Positions 8,555 to 18,059 are shown, counted from the first letter of the stretch. The stretch is 64,000 nucleotides of DNA from Gaiellaceae bacterium (GCA_036260475.1 DATAMX010000060.1:2010-66009), one strand, 5' to 3'. Notes: generated by a model not told the origin, from the sequence alone. Made by a program: numbers and translations.

Positions 8555-9886
8555 TCAGGTGGTCTCTGACGCCGCCTGCAACGGCGGGGACTTCGTCGGC
8601 AGGAGGGGGTCGGGTATCCGGTTTCCAAGTCGAAGGAAACCGGCTCCGGTCAGTGCCAGGGCGAAGGCGCCGCCCCACCAGATCGTGTCGGGTGACGTTC
8701 CGAGCAGCACGCCGCCGACCGCAGGGCCGAGAGCCACGCCGACCAAGAAGCTGAGCTGGTAGAGCGACATGTAGCGACCGAGCAGACGCGGCGGCGCGAT
8801 TTCCGCGACCAGCGGGCCGAGGACGATGAACTGGCCACACTCGGCGATCGCGATCAGGATCGCGACGCCGGCCAAGACGGTCGTACCGGCGAGCGTCGAG
8901 CGAGTGAGCGGCGCGAGCAGGACGGCGAGCAGGCCGACTGCGAATACGGCGCTGGTGGCGAACAACGCGTGAGTGCGGCGCATCCGTGCGACCACCCGTG
9001 TCGCCGGCACCTGCGCTACGACGATGAAGAAGGTGTTGATGAAGACGACGACACCGATCTCACCGGCCCCGACAGGTGTATGTGCCACCGCAAAAGGCGG
9101 GAGGATGTTGGAGAAGAACGCGCCGCCGATCATCACAAGCGCGAGGTTGCCCGCGATCAAGGCGAGCAAGAGCCGATCCCGAGCAACAGCTCGGAAGCCC
9201 TGTGCGTCCTCACTCGCCGACGGAGCGTCCGCGAGGCCAGGATCCGGGATCCAAACGAGCACAACGAGCGCGAAGGCGACGAACGTGACTGCGTCGAAGA
9301 GGTAGAGGCCCTGGAACGCCTGGAGGTGATGATGGGCGGCCGCGACGATGAAGCCCGCAACCGTCGCGCCGAGGCCGAGGCCGAAGTTGCCTGCGACTCG
9401 TCGGAGCGCTGTCGATGCGGCGCGCTGCTCCGCCGGGATCAGGGTCAAGGTCAGGACCTGGCCGGCGGTTCCCACGAATCCGAAGCCGGCACCCCCGACG
9501 GCAGAGCAGACGAAGCCTTGCCAGGGACGGTCGACAAACGCCAAGCCCCCGTAGCCGAGTGCGTTCACGACATTGCCCGCGATCAGGATCCGTTTCGCAC
9601 TGAAACGATCGAGGAGCGCACCCGAAGGGAGCGTTACCACTGCGGCCGTGCCCATGATCGTCGCCAGCACCAGCCCCGCGGTCGCCGTCGAGAAGCCGCG
9701 GACCGCGTGGAGGTAGATGATCTCGAAGGGAAGGATCAGTCCGGTGCCGAGGTAGTTGAGCGCGTTCCCGCCCTGGAGAACGAGGACAGGCCTCGGTAGG
9801 CCTGTACGCCAGACGGCGAAGGCACGTGCGAGCGCGCTGCTCGGTTGGCGACGAGTTTCTGCCTGATTCCTGGAGCGGTCGGTCAT
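8555..9886 (-). CDS. MFS transporter
   Basis: 443 aa with about 12 hydrophobic segments and a typical MFS loop composition. High GC3. Confidence 0.85.
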   Translation of the reverse strand: MTDRSRNQAETRRQPSSALARAFAVWRTGLPRPVLVLQGGNALNYLGTGLILPFEIIYLHAVRGFSTATAGLVLATIMGTAAVVTLPSGALLDRFSAKRILIAGNVVNALGYGGLAFVDRPWQGFVCSAVGGAGFGFVGTAGQVLTLTLIPAEQRAASTALRRVAGNFGLGLGATVAGFIVAAAHHHLQAFQGLYLFDAVTFVAFALVVLVWIPDPGLADAPSASEDAQGFRAVARDRLLLALIAGNLALVMIGGAFFSNILPPFAVAHTPVGAGEIGVVVFINTFFIVVAQVPATRVVARMRRTHALFATSAVFAVGLLAVLLAPLTRSTLAGTTVLAGVAILIAIAECGQFIVLGPLVAEIAPPRLLGRYMSLYQLSFLVGVALGPAVGGVLLGTSPDTIWWGGAFALALTGAGFLRLGNRIPDPLLPTKSPPLQAASETT

Positions 9887-9991
9887 CGATCAGCTCATCT
9901 CCGATTCGCGGTCGTGTGGAAGTCGAAGACACCGCGATGCCGCGAAACGGACCGGCGGTCCGTTTCCGACGGACCTGGTGTCATTGACGCG

Positions 9992-10951
9992 ATGACCGTC
10001 GATCTCGAGCGGGCCAAGGCCGGTGACGAGCGAGCGTTCGCGTCGCTGGTCGAGCCGTTCCGGCGCGAGCTCCAGCTGCATTGCTACCGGCTGCTCGGGT
10101 CCGTGCAGGACGCCGAGGATCTCGTCCAGGAAACGCTGCTTGCCGCCTGGCGCGGAATCGACGGCTTCGAGGAGCGGGCGTCGCTGCGCTCCTGGCTCTA
10201 CCGGATCGCGACCAACCGGAGCCTCAACGCGATTCGCGAACGCGGTCGCCGCCCAACCACGGAGAACACCATGAGACCGCCAAGGACCCGCCGCGCCGTC
10301 GAGCCCAGCTGGCTCGAGCCTTACCCGGACAGCGCACTTCCGGATCCCGCTCCCGGACCTGAAGCACACTACGAGCAGCGCGAAGCGATCCAGCTCTCGT
10401 TCATCGTCGCGCTGCAGCAGCTGCCTGCGAAGCAGCGCGCAGCGCTCGTGCTGCGCGACGTGCTCGGCTTCCACACCGACGAAGCCGCCTCGGTCCTCGA
10501 GACCACGCCGCAGTCGGTCAAGGCCGCGCTCCAGCGCGCACGCGCAACGCTCGACTCGTACGCCCTCGAACGCGAGCAGGCGCCGCTGCCCGACTCGCCG
10601 ATCGAACGGGATCTTCTCGCCACCTTCAGCGACGCCTTCGAAGCCGGCGACACCGCGCGCCTTCTGACGATGCTGAGCACCGACGCTCGTGTGACCATGC
10701 CGCCGCAGCCGGGCGAGCTCATCGGTCACGAGGCGATCGGCGTGTACCTCGACCGGGGCGCCGAGGTCCGCGGCGCCCCGCTACAGGTACGCCCGACCCG
10801 CGCCAACGGCCAGCCGGCCTTCGGCTGCTACCTGCGCGCGCAGCCCTGGGGCATGATCGTCCTCACCCTGAGCGGCAGCAAGGTCGACGAGATCACCTTC
10901 TTCGCCGACCCCGCGCTGCCCGGCCGCTTCGGTCTTCCCGAACACATCTAG
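9992..10951 (+). CDS. ECF-type RNA polymerase sigma factor with a C-terminal SnoaL/NTF2-like extension
   Basis: Sigma-2 region (FRRELQLHCYRLLGSVQDAEDLVQETLLAAW...SLRSWLYRIATNRSLN) and sigma-4 region (LPAKQRAALVLRDVLGFHTDEAASVLETTPQSVKAALQRAR), plus about 110 aa of extension. The start is taken at the internal ATG (MTVDLERAK). Confidence 0.85.
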   Translation: MTVDLERAKAGDERAFASLVEPFRRELQLHCYRLLGSVQDAEDLVQETLLAAWRGIDGFEERASLRSWLYRIATNRSLNAIRERGRRPTTENTMRPPRTRRAVEPSWLEPYPDSALPDPAPGPEAHYEQREAIQLSFIVALQQLPAKQRAALVLRDVLGFHTDEAASVLETTPQSVKAALQRARATLDSYALEREQAPLPDSPIERDLLATFSDAFEAGDTARLLTMLSTDARVTMPPQPGELIGHEAIGVYLDRGAEVRGAPLQVRPTRANGQPAFGCYLRAQPWGMIVLTLSGSKVDEITFFADPALPGRFGLPEHI

Positions 10952-10985
10952 CCGAGAAGGATGGGTTCGATGCGCTCTTCCCGGT

Positions 10986-12209
10986 TCACACGGTTCGCAG
11001 TGCCACGGTGGGCGGCATGCGGGACGCGCGAATGGCCGGCATCAGGCCGGCGATCGCGCCGATGAGGATGGCCGAGGCGATGCCGCCCGTCCACGCCTCG
11101 GCGGGGATGATGACGGCCCAGTTCTTCGTGCCGGCGTAGACCGCGGTTGCCATCGCCCCGGCAAGCACGCCGACGATGCCGCCGATGACGGCGAGCAGGA
11201 TCGATTCGGCAAGGAACTGGGTTCGGATCTGGCTCTTTGTCGCACCGAGGGCGCGACGAAGCCCGATCTCGGATCGGCGCTCCAGGACGGAGATGATCAT
11301 GATGTTGGCGACGCCGACGGCACCGACGATGAGTGCCACGACTCCGAGCCCGAGGAAGAGGCTGTTGAACGCCCCTGCTGCGGCAGCGCGCGCGGTGAGG
11401 ACGTCCGAAGGCTGGCTGACGGCCGCTTCGTAGGGTGCTTCGGGGTCGGCGGTACTTGCGAGCAGCGACTGCACCGCCGCCTCGTGCCCGGTGGCGGCGC
11501 GCACGTAGATGCTGCTTGGTGGGCCGGTCTTCTGTTCGCCGCCGACGATGCTGAGGTAGCCGAGGTAGGTCCGGGCGGCTTGATATCCGATGAGGGCGCT
11601 GACGTCGATGTCGGGCGTCAGCGGAGATGGGTTGAGGATGCCGGCGAGGTCGAACCATTGGCCCCCGAGCCAGATCCGCTGCCCGGGGTAGACCCGGTCG
11701 ATGCCGAGCTGTTGCGCGGCGACCGCGCCGAGCACCGCGACCGGCAGGCGGGCTGTGCCCTGGTTGAGCCAGTCGCCGCGTGCGAGGCCGGTGCCGAGCA
11801 CGGCCAGGAGGCTCTGGCTGGTGGCCCGCACCTGGAGACCGCCGGTCTCGGTCACCGGGACGATCGGGCTGCGGTAGACGTACGCGTTCTTGATCAGCGC
11901 GGTGTGTGCCACCTGTTGGACGTTGTCCAGGAGCGTGATGCGTGCCGGCGCTTCCCGGGGCAGTTGTGCCGGGCCGCCCGTGAGGCTCTGCCCGGCTTCG
12001 ACGGTGAGGAGGTTCGTGCCGAGCCGGTTGATCTCGGCGATCAGCCCGGCCTGTGAGGAGGCCGAGAGCCCGAGGACGCCGACGATCGCTGCCGTTCCGA
12101 TCGCGATCCCGAGCGCGGACAGAGCTGCGCGCAGCGGCCGCGACCGCAGCCCGACGCCGGCCACCCGCAGCCAGTCGCGCAGTTCGAGACGTTCGTCGCC
12201 GGCGCTCAC
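10986..12209 (-). CDS. ABC transporter permease, FtsX/MacB type
   Basis: An N-terminal TM segment, a large extracytoplasmic domain and a C-terminal FtsX-like 3-TM bundle (...SVLERRSEIGLRRALGATKSQI...). The start is set at a GTG overlapping the ATPase stop (GTGA). An alternative TTG lies at 12230. Confidence 0.85.
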   Translation of the reverse strand: MSAGDERLELRDWLRVAGVGLRSRPLRAALSALGIAIGTAAIVGVLGLSASSQAGLIAEINRLGTNLLTVEAGQSLTGGPAQLPREAPARITLLDNVQQVAHTALIKNAYVYRSPIVPVTETGGLQVRATSQSLLAVLGTGLARGDWLNQGTARLPVAVLGAVAAQQLGIDRVYPGQRIWLGGQWFDLAGILNPSPLTPDIDVSALIGYQAARTYLGYLSIVGGEQKTGPPSSIYVRAATGHEAAVQSLLASTADPEAPYEAAVSQPSDVLTARAAAAGAFNSLFLGLGVVALIVGAVGVANIMIISVLERRSEIGLRRALGATKSQIRTQFLAESILLAVIGGIVGVLAGAMATAVYAGTKNWAVIIPAEAWTGGIASAILIGAIAGLMPAIRASRMPPTVALRTV

Positions 12210-12901
12210 GGCGCCTCTCCCTTCGTGCAATCGGAGATGACCTCGCCGTCGAGGACGCGAATCTGGCGGGGCAGCTGATCGGCGAGGCCCGCGTCGTGGG
12301 TGATCATGACGATCGTCGCGCCGGCCCTGTTGAGCTCGCGGATCAGATCCATGATCGACGCACCGTTGGTGCTGTCGAGGTTCCCGGTCGGCTCGTCGGC
12401 GAGAACGATCGCCGGACGCCCGACGAGAGCGCGGGCGATCGCAACCCGCTGCCGCTCCCCGCCGGAGAGCTTGGTGGGCTTGAAGTGCGCGCGCTCGGAG
12501 AGGCCGACCTGCTCGATCGCCTCCTCCGCGCGCCGATACCGATCGGCTGCGCGGACGCCTGCGTACAGCAACCCGTCTGCGACGTTGTCCCGCACCGTCG
12601 CGTGCTCGGCGAGGAAGAACTGCTGGAACACGAAGCCGATGTTTCGAGCGCGCAGCTTCGATAGCTCGCGGTCGTCGAGCTGCGCAGCGTCGACGCCGCC
12701 GATCCGGACGACGCCGCTGCTCGGCCGTTCGAGCGTTCCGATGACGTGCAGGAGCGTGGACTTGCCCGAGCCCGACGGTCCGACGATGGCGACCAGCTCA
12801 CCGGGTCGAACTGCAAACGACACCCCGCGAAGGGCGGGAACGGGTGGGTCCTCGCCGTAGACCTTCGTGACTCCGTCCAGTTCCAGTACCGATGCGCTCA
12901 T
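12206..12901 (-). CDS. ABC transporter ATP-binding protein (MacB/LolD-like)
   Basis: Walker A GPSGSGKST, signature LSGGERQRVAIARAL and Walker B IVLADEPT. The ATG overlaps the upstream stop (ATGA). Confidence 0.92.
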   Translation of the reverse strand: MSASVLELDGVTKVYGEDPPVPALRGVSFAVRPGELVAIVGPSGSGKSTLLHVIGTLERPSSGVVRIGGVDAAQLDDRELSKLRARNIGFVFQQFFLAEHATVRDNVADGLLYAGVRAADRYRRAEEAIEQVGLSERAHFKPTKLSGGERQRVAIARALVGRPAIVLADEPTGNLDSTNGASIMDLIRELNRAGATIVMITHDAGLADQLPRQIRVLDGEVISDCTKGEAP

Positions 12902-13995
12902 GACGACGGCACCACCACTTGCTCGCCCTCGTGAAGGGCGCCTTCGACGACCTGGACTCGTCCGCCCGCGCTGTCGAACAGTCCGAGCTTGACGCGGACC
13001 AGGTCGCGTCGGCCGTTGGTGCCGACGACCTCGACCGCGAAGCCGCCGCCGGAGCGCCCGATGATCGCCGTGACGGGGACGCTCAGCGCGTTCTCGGCTC
13101 CCTTCGTCGTGATCGCCACCTGAACCGGGGCCTGATCGAGCCCGTGGGCTCGGTGCGGGTGGTCGAGGCTGATGTACGCGGGGATCGTCGCGCCGGCGTT
13201 CGGGTCCTGACTGTTCTGCGTCTGGGCGACTCGCCCCAGCCGGTCCACCTTCCCGGTGACCGGGGTGTTGTCGGGGAGGGTGATCCGCGCGTGGTCGCCC
13301 TTCTTCACCTCGCGCTGCTGGGACGGGTCGAGGTTGACCTCCACCTCGAGCGTGTCGGAGGTCGCCTGCGCGACCTGCGTGCCGGGCTGGGCGGACCCGC
13401 CGAGCTCCCCGGTCACCCTGGCGATTCGCACCGAACCGGGCAGGAATACCGCCTGACCGAGCGCGAGCGACCCAGTCTGATCTTCGGCGGACCTCGCCTG
13501 CAGCTTCTCGAGCGCGGCCGCCGTTGCGGAGCCGAAGTCGCGCGAGGACGGGTCGAGCTGCCTTCGGGTGGCGTATCCGAGATGGACCAGGTTGGCGTTG
13601 AGCTCGGCGACGTCGGGCCCGCTCTCGCCCTCCGACAACGACCGGTATGCGGGCAGCGGGCCGCACAGAAGCAGCACCGGGCGGTTGTTCACGCGATAGA
13701 GCACGGCGCCGCACTCCACCTCGTCGCCCGCACTGGGCAGCTCGGTGTACGTCCCACCGGCCCGGTTGATCACGCCGTACGGGGAGCCGTCGGGTCGCGC
13801 CCGATACGACAGGATCCCGTACTGGGAAACCATGTCCGAGAGCGTCCCCCGATCCACCGTCGCGGTATTCAGCGCCGATGCCTGCGCCGCGGCGCTCGGC
13901 CGCCCGTCACCCGACGTCGCGACGACCACCCCGATCGCGACTGCGGCAACGAGGGCGACCGTTGCAGCGGCCGGCACCCACCTCTTGCGCGTCAT
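12898..13995 (-). CDS. Membrane-anchored periplasmic adaptor (HlyD/MFP-like) with an inserted peptidoglycan-binding domain
   Basis: N-terminal TM (WVPAAATVALVAAVAIGVVVA), a PG_binding_1-like segment (GESGPDVAELNANLVHLGYA...FGSATAAALEKLQ) and a C-terminal beta-barrel-like adaptor region. ATGA overlap with the upstream gene. Confidence 0.8.
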   Translation of the reverse strand: MTRKRWVPAAATVALVAAVAIGVVVATSGDGRPSAAAQASALNTATVDRGTLSDMVSQYGILSYRARPDGSPYGVINRAGGTYTELPSAGDEVECGAVLYRVNNRPVLLLCGPLPAYRSLSEGESGPDVAELNANLVHLGYATRRQLDPSSRDFGSATAAALEKLQARSAEDQTGSLALGQAVFLPGSVRIARVTGELGGSAQPGTQVAQATSDTLEVEVNLDPSQQREVKKGDHARITLPDNTPVTGKVDRLGRVAQTQNSQDPNAGATIPAYISLDHPHRAHGLDQAPVQVAITTKGAENALSVPVTAIIGRSGGGFAVEVVGTNGRRDLVRVKLGLFDSAGGRVQVVEGALHEGEQVVVPSS

Positions 13996-14537
13996 TTGCT
14001 CCCCCGCACACCGGCCGCGGCTGCGTACCGGCCGCACTTCCGCATCGCAGCGTTGAGAATCGTGAGACCACCCGGTGTCGCCGCGGATGGAACGCGATTC
14101 GTGTCGACGAGGGGGTCAGTCTTGGACGGGTCGGGAAAGTCCCGCACGCCGTTGTCGCGGATGCACTGTGCGAACGCGAGAGCAGCCTTCTGCTCCTGGG
14201 GACTTCTCTGGTTGCCCGTGAACCCTGCGGGCTCCAGGTCCTTGCACGCGCCGAGCGCACGCGTGAACGCAGCGGAGCTCGTGTTCAGAGCCGAGCCGTT
14301 CGCTACCGCGTCGATGGTCAACGCACCCGACGCGTCGGGATCCGGAAACGCGCTGACACCGTTGGCGCGCATGCACTCGGCGAACTTCACCGCCTTGGCC
14401 CGAATCGTCGACGTGCCCGTTGCACCGCTGCCGGAGGTGCCCGCATTTGCGCCGGCGTGATTGCCGGCGGTGCTTCCACAGCCCGCGCTGATCGCGACGA
14501 TCGCGAGGGCGGCGCCTGCCCACGTCTTACGACTCAC
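13992..14537 (-). CDS. Lipoprotein with a duplicated Cys-containing KF..C.R..GV..FPDP motif (paralog 1)
   Basis: Lipobox LAIVAISAGC. Two internal repeats (AVKFAECMRANGVSAFPDP... and ALAFAQCIRDNGVRDFPDP...). The GTG start overlaps the upstream stop (GTGA). Confidence 0.8.
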   Translation of the reverse strand: MSRKTWAGAALAIVAISAGCGSTAGNHAGANAGTSGSGATGTSTIRAKAVKFAECMRANGVSAFPDPDASGALTIDAVANGSALNTSSAAFTRALGACKDLEPAGFTGNQRSPQEQKAALAFAQCIRDNGVRDFPDPSKTDPLVDTNRVPSAATPGGLTILNAAMRKCGRYAAAAGVRGSK

Positions 14538-15079
14538 TGCCGGCCCCCCGTTTGCTGTGCCAGGAGACGGCCGCACGTGTGCGTCGCGGCGTTGAGGATG
14601 GTCATGCCGCCGGGCTTGTTGGCAGACGGGATGCGATTCGTATCGATGAGCGGCTGACCGTTGACGGGATCCGGAAAGTCCGGCACACCGTGCTCACGCA
14701 CACACTGGGCGAACTTGAGCGCCGCCGAAAACTGCGTCTGGGTCAAGTGCGCGTTCAGCGAGCCCGGCGGCTGCAGGGACTTGCATGCGGCGACGGCCTT
14801 CGTCCACACGGCAGCGGTCACGCTGACCCCATAGGACGGGAACTCGCCCGACGCGTTCGGGTCCGGGAAGTCGCTGACGCCGTGCGCGCGCAGGCACTCG
14901 GAGAACTTCACCGCCTTCTCACGGGCGGTCAGGCTGCGCGTGCGATTGGTGGTACTGACGTGAGCGGCGGTGGCGGTCCTCGCGCCGTTGCTGCTCGGTG
15001 TGCCGCCACAGCCTGCGGCGATCACCGCAACGATGACGGCCATGACAAGGGCGCCCGGCGGCCGGTGCGTTCTCGTCAA
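14534..15079 (-). CDS. Lipoprotein with a duplicated Cys-containing KF..C.R..GV..FPDP motif (paralog 2)
   Basis: Lipobox VIVAVIAAGC. Repeats AVKFSECLRAHGVSDFPDP... and ALKFAQCVREHGVPDFPDP.... TTG start with a GAGGAGGA RBS, overlapping the carboxypeptidase stop (TTGA). Confidence 0.8.
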   Translation of the reverse strand: MTRTHRPPGALVMAVIVAVIAAGCGGTPSSNGARTATAAHVSTTNRTRSLTAREKAVKFSECLRAHGVSDFPDPNASGEFPSYGVSVTAAVWTKAVAACKSLQPPGSLNAHLTQTQFSAALKFAQCVREHGVPDFPDPVNGQPLIDTNRIPSANKPGGMTILNAATHTCGRLLAQQTGGRQ

Positions 15080-16161
15080 GGGGTTCCTCCTCGTGTGCTG
15101 ATTACGTCGGCACCGGTTCTCTGCCGGGCGTGCGCACGAGGCGGCGCTCCCGGCGCCGGGAGTCGTTGCGGTGAGCCCGGTCCGACTCGTTCGCCGCTGA
15201 TGCGGGCCACCATCGCGTCTGCTGCTGCGAGACCGGCGTCGATCAGGTCGTAGCCGGGCTGGCCCAGCACGACGCCGGTGATCGCCGTGCGCTTGCCGTG
15301 CACAAAGCGGATCGCCCGGAACGCGAAGCACCCGCCGGCAGCGTGGTCGGAGCCGGTCTTCACGCCGACGAAGCCGTCGCGCCCAAGCAGCGTGTCCGTA
15401 TTGCGCACCGTGCCGGCGACCGGCAGCGTCGCGCTCGCTGTCGCCACGAGGCTCGCGAACGCGGGCACGCGCATCGCCTGGTCGACGACGCGGAGCTGGT
15501 CGGCCGCAGTCGACACCGTCGTGTCGTCGTAGCCGCTCGGGTCGGTGTAACGGGTACGCGTCATGCCGAGCGACCTTGCGGTCGCATTCATGTGCGCGAC
15601 GAAACGTGCAACCGAGCCGGCATCCCACCGGGCGAGGACGGCGGCGATGTTGTTCGCCGACGGCACGAGCAGCGCCTGCAGCGCCTGCCGCTCGGTCAGC
15701 TCTTCGCCGGCGACGATCGGCACGACCGACTCGCGTTGCCTGCTCCGGCGGTCGGTGTCGGCGACGTCGGCGTCGGTGAGAGTGATCGTCGGCCCGTCCT
15801 CGCCCATGCCGAGCGGGTGGTCACGAAGCACGAGATACGCCGTCATCACCTTCGCCACGCTGGCGATCGGGGCCGCGTGCTGGTTCGGCCCGGCCTGGAC
15901 CTGCGCCTGTCCTATCTGAACGGCGGCCTGGCCATAGCTCGGCCATACCGTGCCCGGCAGCGCTGCGCCCCGCGCGACCCGATGCTCATGCTGAACGGCG
16001 CCGACGGATGGTGCCCCCGTCGAGGACGAGAGCGCCGATAACCGGTAGCCGAGTGCGGCCATCGCCGCGATGACGACCAGGAGGATCGCGACTCGGACCG
16101 CGCGAATGCGACGGATCGTGGGCTCCGACCTGTACACGCGTGCGTGCTTGCTCTCAACCAC
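15076..16161 (-). CDS. D-alanyl-D-alanine carboxypeptidase (peptidase S11, low-MW PBP)
   Basis: N-terminal TM segment and the three PBP motifs: SxxK (SVAKVMT), SxN (SANN) and KTG (VKTGSD). Confidence 0.88.
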   Translation of the reverse strand: MVESKHARVYRSEPTIRRIRAVRVAILLVVIAAMAALGYRLSALSSSTGAPSVGAVQHEHRVARGAALPGTVWPSYGQAAVQIGQAQVQAGPNQHAAPIASVAKVMTAYLVLRDHPLGMGEDGPTITLTDADVADTDRRSRQRESVVPIVAGEELTERQALQALLVPSANNIAAVLARWDAGSVARFVAHMNATARSLGMTRTRYTDPSGYDDTTVSTAADQLRVVDQAMRVPAFASLVATASATLPVAGTVRNTDTLLGRDGFVGVKTGSDHAAGGCFAFRAIRFVHGKRTAITGVVLGQPGYDLIDAGLAAADAMVARISGERVGPGSPQRLPAPGAPPRAHARQRTGADVISTRGGTP

Positions 16162-16246
16162 GGCTCGAGCCTGCCCAGCACGGTGTTGCCGGCGCGTATC
16201 GGTTTTTCGATACGCCGGCGATATGCGCCGGCTCTAGCATCGGAGC

Positions 16247-16942
16247 GTGCGCGTTTTGATCGTCGAGGACGAGCCGCTCATGGCCGAAGCCATCAGGGAT
16301 GGGCTCCGCCTGGAAGCGATCGCCGCAGACATCGCAGGTGACGGCGACGCCGCCCTGAAGCTTCTGCGCTTCAACGAGTACGACATCGCCGTCCTCGACC
16401 GGGACATCCCTGGCCCGAGCGGCGACGAGATCGCCAGACGCATCGTCGCCTCCGGGAGTGGGGTGCCGATCCTGATGCTGACCGCTGCCGACCGTCTCGA
16501 CGACAAGGAGACCGGGTTCGAGCTCGGCGCCGACGACTACCTCACCAAACCGTTCGAGCTCCGAGAGCTCGTGCTCCGTCTCCGAGCGCTCGACCGCAGG
16601 CGTGCCCACTCGAGGCCGCCGGTACGAGAGATCGCAGGTCTGCGGCTGGATCCGTTCCGCCGAGAGGTCTACCGCGACGGCCGCTACGTCGCGCTGACCC
16701 GCAAGCAGTTCGCGGTGCTCGAGGTCCTCGTCGCCGCCGACGGTGGCGTCGTCAGCGCCGAAGATCTATTGGAACGAGCGTGGGACGAGAACGCGAACCC
16801 GTTCACCAACGCCGTGCGCATCACCGTCTCCGCTTTGCGCAAACGCCTCGGCGAACCGTGGATCATCGCCACTGTGCCCGGCGTCGGCTACCGCATCGAC
16901 ACCCACCCGAACACCGAGCACGAGGGAGCGGCGCGTGGATAG
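16247..16942 (+). CDS. OmpR-family response regulator
   Basis: Receiver domain (MRVLIVEDE...DIAVLDRDIPG...) plus a winged-helix C-terminus (LTRKQFAVLEVLV...GVGYRI). Confidence 0.92.
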   Translation: MRVLIVEDEPLMAEAIRDGLRLEAIAADIAGDGDAALKLLRFNEYDIAVLDRDIPGPSGDEIARRIVASGSGVPILMLTAADRLDDKETGFELGADDYLTKPFELRELVLRLRALDRRRAHSRPPVREIAGLRLDPFRREVYRDGRYVALTRKQFAVLEVLVAADGGVVSAEDLLERAWDENANPFTNAVRITVSALRKRLGEPWIIATVPGVGYRIDTHPNTEHEGAARG

Positions 16943-18059
16943 AACCTCTGGGTTGAGCGCTCGCCTGAAGCTCACCCTCAGCTACGCCGGCTTCCTCATG
17001 CTTGCAGGCGTCCTGATGCTCGCGGCCGTCTGGGTGGTCGTTCTGCGCTACATCCCCAACGGTGTGCTGTCCCACATGCATCCCTCGTGGTGGTTCCTAT
17101 TCGACCGCTCCGACCCCCTGCACGGCTTCGGCTCGATCGCAGCGATCGTGTTGGGGTTCCTGCTGCTATTCGGCCTGCTGGGAGGATGGGTTCTCGCCGG
17201 ACGCATGCTCGCTCCCCTGACTCGCATCACCGACGCCACGCGCGTGGCCGCCGCGGGATCGCTCTCCCACCGGATCCAACTCGAGGGCCGCAGAGATGAG
17301 TTCCGCGAGCTCGCCGACGCCTTCGACGCGATGCTCGCGCGGCTCGAAGCACACGTCGCCGAACAGCAGCGATTCGCAGATGAACAGCAGAGATTCGCAG
17401 CCAACGCCTCCCACGAGCTGCGCACGCCACTGGCGGTCACGCAAACGCTGCTGGACGTCGCCCGAAACGATCCGAGCCACGGGAACGGCGAGCTTGTCGA
17501 CCGTCTCTACGCAGTCAACTCCCGAGCGATTGGCCTCATCGAAGCGCTTCTCCTGCTCAGCCGTTCCGACCGGCGGTCTTTCACCCCAGAACACGTCGAC
17601 CTGTCCCTCATCGCCGAAGAGGCCACCGAAACGCTCCTTCCTCTCGCGGAAGAACGCGACGCCACCATCGAGACCTCAGGCGACACCACCCCCACCGTCG
17701 GCTCGCCGGCGCTCCTGCTGCAGCTGACCACGAACCTCGTACACAACGCGATCGTCCACAACCTGCCCACACAGGGCACCGTCTGGGTCACGACCAGCGC
17801 TCACCCCGAGACCGTGGAGCTCACCGTCGAGAACACGGGCGAGAGGCTCACCGCGCAGCTGGCCGACACGCTCGCCGAGCCGTTCCAGCGCGGCACCAAA
17901 CGCATCCGCACCGACCACGCGGGCGTCGGCCTCGGCCTGGCGATCGTCAAGAGCATCACGCACGCACACGACGGAACCCTCACCCTCGCACCGCGACCCG
18001 ATGGGGGGCTCCGCGTCACGGTGCGACTACCCGCGGCACCGCAGAAAGCCGGCAGATGA
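16935..18059 (+). CDS. Sensor histidine kinase (TM-HAMP-HisKA-HATPase)
   Basis: The GTG start overlaps the regulator gene end by 8 nt. Two TM segments, an H-box FAANASHELRTPLA and G-boxes in the C-terminus (GVGLGLAIV). Confidence 0.88.
   Translation: MDRTSGLSARLKLTLSYAGFLMLAGVLMLAAVWVVVLRYIPNGVLSHMHPSWWFLFDRSDPLHGFGSIAAIVLGFLLLFGLLGGWVLAGRMLAPLTRITDATRVAAAGSLSHRIQLEGRRDEFRELADAFDAMLARLEAHVAEQQRFADEQQRFAANASHELRTPLAVTQTLLDVARNDPSHGNGELVDRLYAVNSRAIGLIEALLLLSRSDRRSFTPEHVDLSLIAEEATETLLPLAEERDATIETSGDTTPTVGSPALLLQLTTNLVHNAIVHNLPTQGTVWVTTSAHPETVELTVENTGERLTAQLADTLAEPFQRGTKRIRTDHAGVGLGLAIVKSITHAHDGTLTLAPRPDGGLRVTVRLPAAPQKAGR

Noticed and set aside
12902-13714. Long N-terminal extensions offered by the ORF track for several genes. 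Examples are the ABC ATPase to 13714, lipoprotein 2 to 15628, the SigJ-like gene to 24392, the histidine kinase from 16743 and cydB from 60602.
   Set aside because: The extensions are Arg-rich, run through the upstream gene, and are contradicted by RBS or overlap-coupled internal starts and by the normal family N-termini.
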